From Leucoraja ocellata (lineage: Eukaryota): 64,000 nucleotides of DNA. Under the pieces are notes generated by a model that made no database searches, was not told where the DNA came from, and saw only the letters and a program-made list of their open reading frames with translations. Shown piece by piece: positions 51,900 to 64,000 of the stretch. The stretch is from NCBI GenBank assembly GCA_036785375.1, contig JAWMAR010000614.1, forward strand, positions 1-64,000, written 5' to 3'. The position numbers and the translations under genes are program-made. Positions within the stretch are counted from its first letter, which is position 1, and each line of letters opens with the position of its first letter.

Positions 51900-54670
51900 C
51901 TTTTAGGAAGGACAGGTGAGAAGTAAATAGTTGTAAGGTAGTTCTGCTAATAAGAAATTAAATAAGTACAACTGTGAGAGATGGCTGAGTCAGATGTATA
52001 GTCCACCTGGTTGGCGGTTAAAAGTATTAAGGGAGAGAAGATAAAGGTAGCAGTATTGCATAGACCTAAACAGTAATTACATTGTAGGAAAGAGTGTAAT
52101 GGGTGCTGGGGTTAATCAAATAGGAAATGGTAGCCAGGAGAATGAATTCATTGTGCATATAGTATAGTTTCCTGGAGCAATATGTTTTTGAGCCAAACCA
52201 GGGAATAGGCTATTTTGAAACTGATAATCTGTAACAAGACAGGTAGAATAAATGATTTCAGATTGAAAGATCCCTTAGGAAATAATGATCACAGCATGAT
52301 AGAATTTAGCATTCAGCCTGAGAGTAAAAAACTTGGGTATGAAACAACTGTGTTAAATTTAAACAAGGGAATTACAAAAAAATGAAAAAAAGTTTGTCTA
52401 AAGTGGACTGGGAAACAGCATAGTAAGTGAGACAGACGTTGGCATTTGATGGAAATAAGGAAGACAATTATTCATGACTCCCAGCAAAAATATATTTCAG
52501 TGAGGAGGAAGGATTCGAAAGGATGGATTAACTAACCAGGACTAATCGAATAACTTAAAGAGGGGATTAATTTGAAAGAGGAAATATAAAAGAGGAAAAA
52601 AAGCAGTGATATGCACAACGATTGGAATTGATTCAAAACCCAATAAAGGACTAAAATCAATCAAAAAAAGAGAAAATAGATTATCAGAAGAAACTAGAGA
52701 ACAATATTAAAACAAAACTGGCAATATGATTCCTTAATTACACAAAAAGAAAGAGGGAGATCTGAGTGAATATAAGTTCCTTGGAGAATGGGGTTGTAGA
52801 AATAGTTACAGAGAACAAAAAAAAGTTGCAGATGACTTAACCAGATATTTTGCATCAATTTTTATGGTAAAAGATACAATGAACATTTCATTAATTCCAA
52901 AAAAGCAGGGGAGGAATGGAATACCACCACGACCATCAGAGAATTAGTATTTGGCAAAATAATGAAGCTAAAGTAAGAAAAGTCCCCAGGGCTTAATGCT
53001 TTGCATCCTATGATCATAAACAAAGGGCCTACAATGGTGGTGAGCACTGGGATGGTAACGTGTGAAAAGGAACTGCAGATGCAGTTACACTGAAGGTAGA
53101 CATAAAATGCTGGAGTAACTCAGCAGACCAGGCAGCATCTCCGGAGAAAAGGAAAAGTGATGTTTCGAGTCGAGACCCTTCTTTAGCCTAATCTGAATCA
53201 GACCAGTTTGATGAAGGGTCTCAACCTGAAATATCACCTTTCTCCAGAAAGTTACCAATTTAAACTTTAGTTCTGGAGAAGTACCAAATTTAAAGGGCTG
53301 GAAAACTGTGAGGGTTATATCCTTTCTCAAAAAGAGTAGGCCACAAAAGAAGTAATTGAGTGCTATTAGCCTAATGTCTAATGTTGGAAACATTTTGGCA
53401 TTAATTATTAAGGTAAGAGTAACGGTGTACTTGGTACGTTGTAGGTACGCTAATAGTAACCATAATCTAATCAAGCAAAGTCAGTACAGCTTCAAGAAGG
53501 AGAAATCATGTTGGTCAAATTCATTAGTGCTATTTAAGGAAGTGTCTGCCAGAGTGAATAGAAATAACTTACGTGTAATACATTGGAATTTTCAAAAGGC
53601 ATTGGACAAGGTACCATGTTAAAGGTTACTTAGCCTGAAAGGTTGCAAGATGGTATTGGAAATAATAGATTGTAGATTGTACAAACTAAACAGCAGGATG
53701 CAATGAGTAGGGATAAGAGAATCATTTTCAGGTTGGCAATCTGTAACCAGCAGGGTACCAGAGAGATTAGCTTTGACTGCAGCTGTTTACATACATATTA
53801 ATAATTTAGAGGAAGGAAGTGAATGAACTGTAGCAACATTTGCAAATAATGCAAAACTAGATCTGGAGGCAAGTTGTGAGTAGTATACATACAGTTAAAG
53901 AGAGAACTGGGTAGGTTAAATCTGTAGGCAAAAATTGGCAAGGAGTATAATGTGGGAAAATGGGAAGTTTGCAAGGAAGAATGATTAATACTTCAATGGA
54001 GAAAGACTACAAAAAGCTCCAGAGTTAAGGGATTTGAGGGTCTGTGTACATAAGCAGATATCCAGCATACAGGTGCTGCAGATAACTTTGAAGGCTAATG
54101 GAATACTAGATTTTATTTCAAGAAGAGTGGAATATAAATGTACGGAATTCTTACTACAACCACATCCCTGGTACTGTGAACAGTTTGGTTCCCCTCTCTA
54201 AAGAAACATGTATTATCAATGGAAGCCATTTAGAAAAGGTTTGCTTGAACGATGCCAAGTTGGGAAGGATTATTTTAGGAGGAAAGGTTGAACAGTGTGA
54301 GTCTGAACATTGGATTTTGAGAATGAGGAGCGATATTCTTGAATCATGAGATTCTTCGGAAGCTTGGCAGAGAAAATGGTGGGAGAATATTTCTTCTTGA
54401 GTGTGAGCAGAGGATTAAAGGCCATAGTCCAAGAATATAGAGTGGCCCATGTAGCACTAAAATGAGAGGAATTTCTTCTCTCTCAAGGCTATGGGTTTTT
54501 TGAATTATGTTGCGCTGTAAATCTGTGGAGGCTGATTCCTCAAAGCTGAGATACTTCATTTTTTTAATCAGTAAGGGATGAAGGGTTATGGGAAGGGGAT
54601 AATATATTGTCTTGAGGAAAGCTGGATGAACAATTATCTTAATGAATAGCAAAGCAACTTTGAGGGGAGA
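51900..54670 (+). mobile_element. Long, old CR1-type LINE ORF2 remnant (endonuclease-RT), with a Penelope fold-back inserted at about 53060-53250
   Basis: Degenerate motifs in the expected order: DHSMIEF (about 52288), LNKGNY, KSPGLNALHP (about 52980), FQKALDKVP (about 53590), FANNAK (FADDTK-like, about 53839), then the 3' region. Confidence 0.85.
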
Positions 54671-55809
54671 AGTTGATAAGTTCTGTCATTACTTTTGCTG
54701 ATCATATTGTCTACTTAAGTCAGAGGAAGTAAACTCCGCTAATTTTAACAAATTATTTTTAGCTTAGTTTAGCTTAGTTTAGCTTTGCTTAGTTTACTTC
54801 AGTTTATTCTTGTCACCTGTACAGAGGGACCATGAAAAGCTTTTTGTCGTGTGCTATCCCATCAGCAAAAAAGATGAACATAATCACAACCAAACTGTTC
54901 ACATTGTACGGACACAGGATAAAGAGTATAACGTTTAGTGATAATGATGATAAAGATGATGATGATATCTTATTGTCACATGTACCTATGTACCTAGTGA
55001 AAATCTTTGTTTTCCATAAAATCCAGTAAAATCATATTATAGATAAGCAGATTCATAGATAAGTACAAAGATGCAATGATTGTAATGTAATAGTAGACTT
55101 CACTGAGACAGAACACAGTCATCATGTTTCCAGTGCCCACAGGTGTCAAAGTTCTCAAGAGTGCAGTTTTATCAAAGCCTTAAAGGCCTGTTGTCCAGGC
55201 GGCACCAATCCTTTCCTCCGTCCGCTGCCATCTTGAAAATGGCTATTTATCCAGCGTCCCCTGCTGTTGCTCACTCCCTCCCCCGTTCTTCCCGATTCCA
55301 GTTCTTCCGGGTCGAGTAGGAGACATGGCTCGGGTAATTTAAGGTGGGTTCCCAGCTTCATAACACCCTGCAGAATCTATGCAGACCCATTTAGTCTGTT
55401 TTGATGATATACAAAAATGCTGGAGAAACTGGAGAACCTGTTTTGATGGTCAGCTATCCAAATTCACCTATGTGTGAAAATACAACCCTTTGTAGAAGCT
55501 TAGTTGAATTACCTGGTGTTATTCATTACAGATGACAGAGAGAAAATAGGAACCATCTGCTAATGCCCTTACCACCAAAAACACTATCTATCTCTCCTTT
55601 AAACATTTTGATTAGTTCCGCTTCATTGGTTTTATAGGGCATTACATTCACTGTTTCTGGGTTCATTTTTTGGAGTATCATTTCTAATCCAGAGCTTGTG
55701 GGGAGGACTTCAAAAATGAAAGCGTTGTCTGACCATTAAATACTCCACCAATTTTCCTCTCTGTTGATTATGCTCACACTCACTCAAATGTTACTCTAGC
55801 ATTTCAGGT

Positions 55810-55910
55810 TCCAGTCTGAAGAAGGGTCTCCACCCAAAACTTCAGCTATTCTTTTTCTTCAGAGATGCTGCCTGACCCGCTGACTTACTCCAGCATTTTG
55901 TGTCTATCTC
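55810..55910 (+). mobile_element. Penelope-like terminal-repeat fragment
   Basis: CCAGTCTGAAGAAGGGTCTCCACCCAAAAC...GAGATGCTGCCTGACCCGCTGACTTACTCCAGCATTTTGTGTCTA. Confidence 0.8.
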
Positions 55911-56994
55911 AAATGTGTCTCTACATTCTTAATTGGCCTAGACTTTCCTGCAGGAGGAATTCTCCTGTCAATTACCTCACAAGGCCACCCGTAACTTTAT
56001 CATCTTCAAGAGCTACAATGCAAGTATAAATTCATATCACCGCTCATCCATTTCATACCAAGGATCCTAATTAGTTGCTATTAGATTCCCCTTCAATCCA
56101 ATGTACCATGTGGTAAAACCTAAAACTAAATATACTTTTCTAAATTAGCATTCTTCTCTGTGCAACAATTGCACATATTCTACTTCATTGATGATGCACA
56201 GTGATCCGTCACATTGAGGCCTAGGAAGAAATTCAGTGCAAATGGGACAATATCCATGGAAGGAATTAATGCTGTCAGGCAAATAGAATGGAACTTAATA
56301 AAATCGTCAAAAAAGTGCAAAAAAACAGTAATTTCTTATTCTTAATTGCTATATTTACAATTTATTTATAGAAAATATGGTGATATCAGTACAAAATTCC
56401 AATGCAATTAAATGTTACTTATTTATTGCAATTATACGTGCACATTTTGTGCATTTTGCATTTAAATTATTTATATGGGCACCCACACCTACCCATACCT
56501 CACCTACCATCCCTAGTCAAATGAAGCATCTTCCCACAAGGTTGCTAAAATTGTGCCTTGGGTTATTTCTGACTGTCCCTAAAATCTGACCACCTCTTAT
56601 TGACCACAATGTAAATGTTCAAAGCTATTATGCATTCATCACAGTGAATCCCACAGTGCTGGTAAATGAAGTACATTTTTAGCATTTGATCTTATCTCAC
56701 CACCTGTCAGCTCTTGTATATCAAGAATTAGAGGGAGGGAAAGCACACCTTGGCTAAACAACATGCTCCAAGCACATTTCAGAAGATTATCAAGGTGTTC
56801 TTCTGTTATCTCTCCATGCTTGTTTACCCTCAGCTGTTCACAGTAATTATTCTTGAGTATAATTGTCTAATCAGTGAGCATACACGTGATTAAATTTAAG
56901 ACAAGCCAGATACAGACTTTTGGAACATGCACAAAATATTTCATTATTTGACAGCCGGCAGTTCCCTCAATATCTACTCCAGTATAACAATGTA

Positions 56995-57520
56995 CACAGA
57001 ATAGACAACAATACAGCCCACAATGTCTATCCCAAACATAATGCAATGTTAAACTAAGTTCCTCCCCTGCATGTATTCCATTACACTTTATTTATTTCAT
57101 ATCTATGCACCTATTTGAAGCCTTTTAAATATCACTATCATATCTGGTTCCCCCACTACATCAGGAAGCACATTCCAGACACCTACTATTCTTTGTATTA
57201 AAAAGCGTACCCCTCACATTTCCTTTACATTTTGTCCTTCTGATGTCTAGTCTTTGACATTTCCACCCTGGGAAAAAAGGTTTTGACTGTCCATTCAATC
57301 TATGTCTCCAATAATTGTATATAGTTTTATCAGATCTCCCTTCAGTCTCTGATGCTCCAGAGAACATAATACAAATTTGTCTAACTATTTCTTATAGCTA
57401 ATGCACTCTAGCACACGCAGCATTCTGGTAAACCTTTTCTGCACCCTCTCTAAAGACACCACATTCTTCCTGATGACCAATACTCCAAATGTGGCCTCAG
57501 CAAAGTCTTATAAAGCTGCA
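56995..57520 (-). mobile_element. CR1-type LINE 3' fragment
   Basis: GCACATTCCAGACACCTACTA...CTGGTAAACCTTTTCTGCACCCTCTC...TACTCCAAATGTGGCCT, the reverse of the RPHLEY and ERVQKRFT regions. Confidence 0.75.
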
Positions 57521-58292
57521 CCGCACATGTGTGCAATCTGAATGAACAGCAGATCATAAAGGAGGTTTCTGGATTGGGAAAATTACAGCATTCCTACGTA
57601 TATTCTTTATAAAATAATGCTTGTTGGAAGTTTTAGCAGCAATAAAAAAATCACTGAGTACTGCCCCAAATGATGCAATTACAAAAAATAGTATTGTTTC
57701 TGTCTTTGCTTACTCTCATAACTCAGCAAACTATAGTTTAAATGGAACACTTCCATAAATGCCAGTGGCCTGTAGCGCCACGCTGGTGGTCATTTTTCTT
57801 ATCTGTGAACTTACATAAGCTTTTCAACAATGAAGTGGGGTCATAGCTGAGGTCAATTCACTTCTCACTAGACACACACATTCCTAACAGAGGTCATTGG
57901 ATAGTTATCAGAAGCAGAAAGTGCCTCATTTTTGCCCCATCTCCATCCCTGGGTTAGTGAAACTAATTATGGTATTCCCTCTGCCTTCTCAGATAAGATC
58001 ATCTAGTTCACCATGGATCAAATATCTACGATTAAATATGCAGGGGGTTTATTTCTTCAAATATGTGATTTATTTAGATATCTAAAGACTATCTTATCTG
58101 GAAAGGTTCTACCAATTAAATCTACTGCTCTAGGTAAATCACAAAAAATGGTTATGATTCTATTCTGTATTTCATCTTTTTAGTTATGTAATCAAAATCA
58201 GTCACTCATATCTGTGCATAATACTTTATTAGAATTAACTCAGAATTTATTGATGAAGATCAATTTAATAAATATTATTTATCACTGCTAGG

Positions 58293-58775
58293 TGCTAACT
58301 GCTCTACATCACGCTCTACTAGGTGTCAACTGCTCTACATTGGTGAGACCATGCGCAGGCTTGGCGATCACTTCGCCCAACACCTCCACTCAGTTTGCAA
58401 TAACCAACCTGATCTCTCAGTGGCTCAGCACATCAACTCCCCCTCCCATTCTGAATCTGACCTTTCTGTCCTGGGCCTCCTCCATGGCCAGAGTGAGTCC
58501 CACCGCAAATTGGAGGAACAGCACCTCATATTTTGCTTGGGTAGTGTACACCCCAGCGGTATGAACATTGACTTCTCCAATTTCAGGTAGTCCTTGCTTT
58601 CTCTCTCCTTCCCCGCTCTCCCACAGCTTATTGTCTCTGCTTCTTCCTTTTTTTTTTAAGCCCCCCCCCCCCCAACATCAGTCTGAAGAAGGGTCGCGAC
58701 CCGAAACGTCGCCTATTCCTTCGCTCCATAGATGCTGCCTCATCCGCTGAGTTTCTCCAACTTTTTTGTCTATCA
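58293..58775 (+). mobile_element. Penelope-like element fragment: GIY-YIG remnant plus terminal repeat with an intact hammerhead core
   Basis: LYIGET (CTCTACATTGGTGAGACC) followed by RRLGDHFAQHL...RKLEEQHLIFCLGSVHPSGMNIDFSNFR*; ribozyme core at 58683-58710. Confidence 0.9.
58680..58715 (+). ncRNA. Putative minimal type I hammerhead ribozyme (Penelope-associated)
   Basis: CUGAAGA-A-[GGGU CGCG ACCC]-GAAA-CGUC. It has the conserved CUGANGA and GAAA boxes, a stem II, a palindromic ACGU stem III and a GUC cleavage triplet. Stem I is only about 2 bp. Confidence 0.65.
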
Positions 58776-61700
58776 CTGGCATTGTGGTTTTCCACTTGTC
58801 CATATGCACAATAACTAAAAGGCTCAGCTTGAAAATTTAATTTGGTGTGCTATTATATCCAATTAATTAAAAAAAAGAAATCACGGTTTGTAACTACAAT
58901 TTGTAAATGATGATTTAATAAATCATGATTTGTCCTGAAATGTCATCTTCTATTTTCTCCAGAGATGCTGCCTGACCCGTTGAGTTACTCCAGCATTTTG
59001 TGACTGTTGTAGCTTACTTTATTTTGTAAATTTAAATTGCTATGCGGTTTTTAGACCTCAGGTGGTACGACACTTTCCACATTTGAAAAGTCACAACCAG
59101 TTCCTCAATAATAACCTCAGGCAAGTACATCAATAGGAAAGATTGAAAGGGATACATGCCAAATTCAGGCAAATGGCATGTTCAGATAGGCATGTTGTTC
59201 AGCATGTTGGGCCAAAGGGCCTTCCATACTGTATGACTCCATTACTCGGCAATTCTGATTGTTTATAGACCCCTATCTACAAGTAATATTTGTTCAGTCA
59301 TTAGCTTTACAAAGTGCAGGCCGTTCAAGTCATGTCTAAGCTTTGATGACAACATTTTTAATTTGAGCAATTGAGTTAACAAATAAGAGAAGTGAATGGA
59401 AGGTAAGTTCCACCAACAAAACATCATTCTGAAATATTGAGCTTTGGAAACATGTTAAACTCAGTCAGAAGACCAAAGTAGAGAAGTGATTTAAAATATG
59501 TTTATACAGTGGTGGTGACAGAAGGGATACATATTTTATCCAATAGGGGTTAAAAGTTCGTCCTTTAAATCTTTGTCATCATTTTCTTTGGTGAATGCCT
59601 TTCAAATCTCATTTGTTTCAACGAGATGATTGATTGCCAATTATGATACCAATGGAATGGAATTCAAACCATTCAATATTAATACACCAATGAAAAAAAT
59701 AGAACTATTGACATTGCTAACAATCAAAAATAATTAGTCTGATGAAAGATAATCAGTTTGATATGTTAATCCATTTCTCACTTCACAGATGCTGCTTGAC
59801 CTACTGGATATTTTCAACTTTTTCAAATTTTATTTATTCAGGTATTGATTTATTTACAATAACTATCAAGGGCCTGCTTTGTATTTTCAGCAGTATGGTA
59901 TATTGAAACAACAAATAACTCTAGGATTTGGGAAAGATTATTTTGATAAAAATGTACTTGTACAATTGATTCACATTTTATCTGGTACCTGTACATGGTA
60001 ACTTTAATGGTACAGAGTTTCCAGTTAGCAATAGTCTAGTTAGCTAAAGAGGTGTGTGAGTATTAAATAATCCAGGCCCTTTTGTGAAGTCTGATCCTAC
60101 ATGCTTTTTTCTTTGAGACTAATACATTTAGCAATTGCATTAATATTACATTTCAAATCTGTCTATTACTGAGGCAATAACCAAAGACCAATTCACTCAA
60201 CAACTTCTCACATTAAAGCATTTATTGGTCAATTGGTTCCTGCTCCACTGGGTGACCTATAACTCAATAAGACAGCTGAAAAATCCAATGATAGCAGAGT
60301 AAGCTTGATGTCCAGTGGCAGGGAGCGACTTGAATTCAACCTATTGTTTTCATCATTTGTACACGTATTCAGCATGCGACCAGACGTTATCTCAAGATGG
60401 AAGTGAATCGAAAAAGGCAAAGTAGCTGTCACATTTAGAAGCTTGCACATTCTTGACCTTGTACCCATCTCCCACCTAGTGTTGATCTCCAAATCCATTT
60501 AAAGTGTTCAGACTCATTCCACAACTCTTTGTTTGGATTCACCTTTTCGCCCTCTGGCTTTAAAGTCATTGCACTAAATTCAAACTATTTAAATTACATA
60601 CAGTTTACATCATTCCTATTATACTAAATTCATTTCTACGACAGTGCAAAGTGAAAGCAAACAACATTTGGAGTTCTTTTTCATTTATGTGAACGTCACT
60701 TATCTATTTTTGACAATCACATGGCCATTTGAGAGGACAGTTAAGAGTCAACAACACTGACAGCATCAGAGTAACAGATGTACGTCCTTGACGTTACTAA
60801 GCCTGGTGTTTCTTTTTCAACTATTCAATAGTTTCAAAGTCGCCAATATTGACATTGTATTCCAGATTTATTTCATTGCTTGAACTTATATTTCCAAGCT
60901 ACTGTGGGGATCTGAATTCAAATATCCTAACTAGTAGGCAAAGTGTCCAGATGTTAATCAGGTAATTCTAACACAATGCTACTCCATCTCATGGCAAGCA
61001 GAGATCATAGGAGACACCACTGATAAAATGAATAATGCAAAAGAAACACATTAATTGCCCTCAAACAAACTTAAATTTATTGGAAATAAATCACAATTTT
61101 AGACCCAAAGGTCATGATAGGTCATTAGATCAGTTGTTTGCATCTTTGCCTGCAAGCAATACCTGACACTTTATCTGAACTCTCTGTGTAAGGCATCTCA
61201 TTTATTCTCTGGCACAGCTGGTGGTACACCCTTCCCAGTGAGAGGAAGCAATGAATATCTTGCCATCACAACCAGTCAAGTGTATAGAACAAAAAGAAAA
61301 TGAACCAAAAGACCAAAAATTAGATTTTTCTCACTTAATAAATGTGTTGAACCATTATTGCATGGAAAGCAAATTTGCTGCACTGTACCATAGCCTATAC
61401 ATGTTTCTCCTCATTTCATGCAGGCATACAACACAGCAACCTACCATGGTAATAATCAATGCTGCATTCAAGTAAATCTCTGAGCTGACGCTTCAACTCT
61501 CACATCCGAAATTCAACTTTACTTGCTAATACTGTCTTGTGATTCAATTCCTTTAAGCCATAATTTAGCTTATAAGCACATTTTTAAATAACTCAGCTTA
61601 GAAAATGGCTTATACTGCACATGTTTTAGAGGTGCATAATGGACGGCAAACTCTGCTGAGGCGAGCATTCAGCACTGGGAGAGCTGCATCCAGCAGCAAG

Positions 61701-62729
61701 ACAGATAAAGACACTTCAGGGGCATGACAGGGCTTCAGGAATATGCGATTTAGTCCGTGGACTTTAAAGGAGTTGTTGGAATTCTCCACGATAAAAGGTC
61801 AAGTTTGTTTTTAACAAACTTAACTCTCCTGAGATTGCCTGCCCTCTCCCAGGACCTATGCGAGGTCCGCTGATGATGATACGTCAGGGAACAATTCAAT
61901 GTGCCTGGAGCAACTTGAGGACAGGTGCAGAGCATTAGAGACTGGAAGAAATGATAGCTTCGACAATTTTGATTTCTGGGCTCACATATCCATTCTTTTC
62001 AAGACACCTACCTACCTATCAATGATCTGATTTTGAATATGACTTGGGATGCCAGACATTGGATATTCTTGATCCCTTTGTTTACTCAGTTGTGAAAAAT
62101 ATTTAAAAAAAATAATTGGCAACTAAAATTACGAGGGAATTTTAAAAAAATTATGAAAAATAGAAATGCAGTCTATTAGTTCATCAAAGGTTGATGTACC
62201 ATGAAAATGACAGGGTGGTGATTTGTACCCTCACTTCATTAGATGGTGCATCCGTGAGTTCACCTTAGCAATCATGGCAAGGTAGCTAGTTAGGGAGAAC
62301 TGGCCTCCCAAAAAGAAGAGGAAAATAGATAGAAAGCCACCTTCTGGCATATAACCATTATTTCAGCAGGGAATTGTTTATGGTGTTAAGAAAATAAAGT
62401 GATATGAAGAGGCGGCAAAAGCAAAATTTTAAAGAAAACAGAAAAAACAAGGCTAAAATGTAAAGAAAAAAGAATGTGCCAAATTATGAGGGTCTTGGAC
62501 AGAATAAATAGTCCTGAGTAAATAGGAATCATCCTCAATCAGAAGAAAGATTACGAAGAAGAGGGAGAAATAAGGAAAGAAATGGAAGCAGATGTAGAAG
62601 AAGTTGAGAAGGGGGAAGAAGGAGAGGATGAAGTTGTGTGGAAGTAAGTCTTCCCCACACCTAAGGGTCTGCTAATGAATATTACTACTAATACTACTAC
62701 AACTACTACTACTACTATATTTGTATAAG

Positions 62730-62905
62730 GCAGTGATTTTTAAGGCAGAGATAGATGTAGATTCTTGATTAGTACAGGTGTCAGAGATTATGGGGAGAAG
62801 GCAGGAGAATGGGGTTAGGTAGGAGAGATAGATTAGCCATGATTGAATGGCGTAGACTTGATGAGCCGAATGGCCTAATTCTGCTCCTATCACTTATGAC
62901 ATGAC
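62730..62905 (+). mobile_element. CR1-type LINE 3' end
   Basis: TTTAAGGCAGAGATAGAT...TATGGGGAGAAGGCAGGAGAATGGGG...GCCGAATGGCCTAATTCTGCTCCTAT. Confidence 0.85.
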
Positions 62906-62910
62906 TAAAT

Positions 62911-63047
62911 NNNNNNNNNNNNNNNNNNNNNNNNNNNNNNNNNNNNNNNNNNNNNNNNNNNNNNNNNNNNNNNNNNNNNNNNNNNNNNNNNNNNNNNNNN
63001 NNNNNNNNNNNNNNNNNNNNNNNNNNNNNNNNNNNNNNNNNNNNNNN
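62911..63047. other. Assembly gap (137 N)
   Basis: Run of N. Confidence 1.
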
Positions 63048-63857
63048 CATAACAACTTTGGAAGGTGTAATTAAGTTTGGTATCTGCACCTTGACCAGCA
63101 CAGCCATGATGGACTAACATCCTTCTGTGTTCACACACAAATACAATAGGGATAAGATTACCAGTACTGAAAGGCATGCCACAACTCTTAAACAAGCTGC
63201 TGTTTGTGCATTAGCACAGATGTATGTTTTCTGTGTGAAGTGTTTTTTACAGGGGTTTAAGAGGCTACTGTGTGGATTGCATCTAACAGCGTCATAACGT
63301 GGCTCTACTCCAGAGAAAAGTAACAGCCAGTTCCAGCCTCATTTACATCATAGCTTTAAATTTTGATTTATTCCAAATCTGTAACTGTTCCAAATCAAAC
63401 CATAAATGGCTAAAATTTGCAAATTACTTTACGTTGATGTCGATTTGATTGAAATGTTGCTACTTGCCAGATTAAAGTCAGACCTGATACAAATGGATTT
63501 CACTCTAATGGCATTTAACAGTCTGATCTGAGTTGCTGTTCATCTATTCCCAGAAGCAAGTCATGGCATACATTTCACACCTGACATCTGATATTCTTCA
63601 CTATATTTTCTTGTTTAAGGCAACAGTAATTTAAACAGTTTAGTAGTATTAGATTCAATTGTGATGGCTGAATTCAAAACTGGAACCAGTTGAAATCATA
63701 TGTAGCATACGAGAACAATATCTAGTGAGAGAAAATGACAAAATCCAGACCTGCATCAGGCTGCCGCATAATGACAGAATTCTGTCTGTTTGTGGAAAGG
63801 CACAGGATATTGTTTACCCAAGGTGGAGTGAAACAGCAACTTGAAGATAAATTGGTG

Positions 63858-64000
63858 TTCAAGATTCAAGATTCAAGAGAGTTTATTGTCATATGTCCCA
63901 GATAGGACAATGAAATTCTTGCTTTGCTTCAGCACAACAGAATATAGTAGGCATAAATAAATACAGAACAGATCAATGTGACCAGTGAGAGGCATTCCAG
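63858..64000 (-). mobile_element. Non-LTR retrotransposon 3' tail, running off the window
   Basis: (TTCAAGA)3 followed by GAGTTTATTGTCATATGTCCCAGATAGGACAATGAAATTCTTGC; related to the tails at 13820 and 15708. Confidence 0.65.

Noticed and set aside
62500-62645. Purine-rich stretch resembling an acidic (Glu-rich) coding exon
   Set aside because: Low complexity with no supported reading frame or homology, and no partner exons were identified.

Overview
This is eukaryotic, vertebrate genomic DNA. The repeat content (CR1/HER1-type LINEs, a V-SINE and Penelope-like elements) suggests a cartilaginous fish, probably a skate or ray; this is inference. The window holds one protein-coding gene on the + strand, transcription factor AP-2 beta (TFAP2B). 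It has 7 coding exons: 2254-2280, 3569-4019, 11931-11991, 34535-34751, 35976-36094, 39162-39303 and 43217-43514. All introns are GT-AG and the phases are consistent, except for one extra G at about 3823-3825 that frameshifts exon 2. This is most likely an assembly error; corrected, the CDS is 1314 nt (437 aa). The MLWK-type upstream first exon is not seen in the window. A long, TE-free 3' UTR probably runs to about 48.4 kb. The middle of the 22.5-kb intron 3 and the downstream flank are packed with nested retroelements. Main signals not explained by the ORF track: many Penelope-derived modules carrying minimal hammerhead-ribozyme cores (often as fold-back pairs, several sense-oriented inside the pre-mRNA); a composite telomeric-repeat + filler + CR1 insertion; a near-perfect 46-bp hairpin upstream of exon 2; and a 27-nt exon that may act as both first exon and cassette exon. 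There are two assembly gaps. Repeat boundaries are approximate, read by eye. I found no support for a wholly new multi-gene system.
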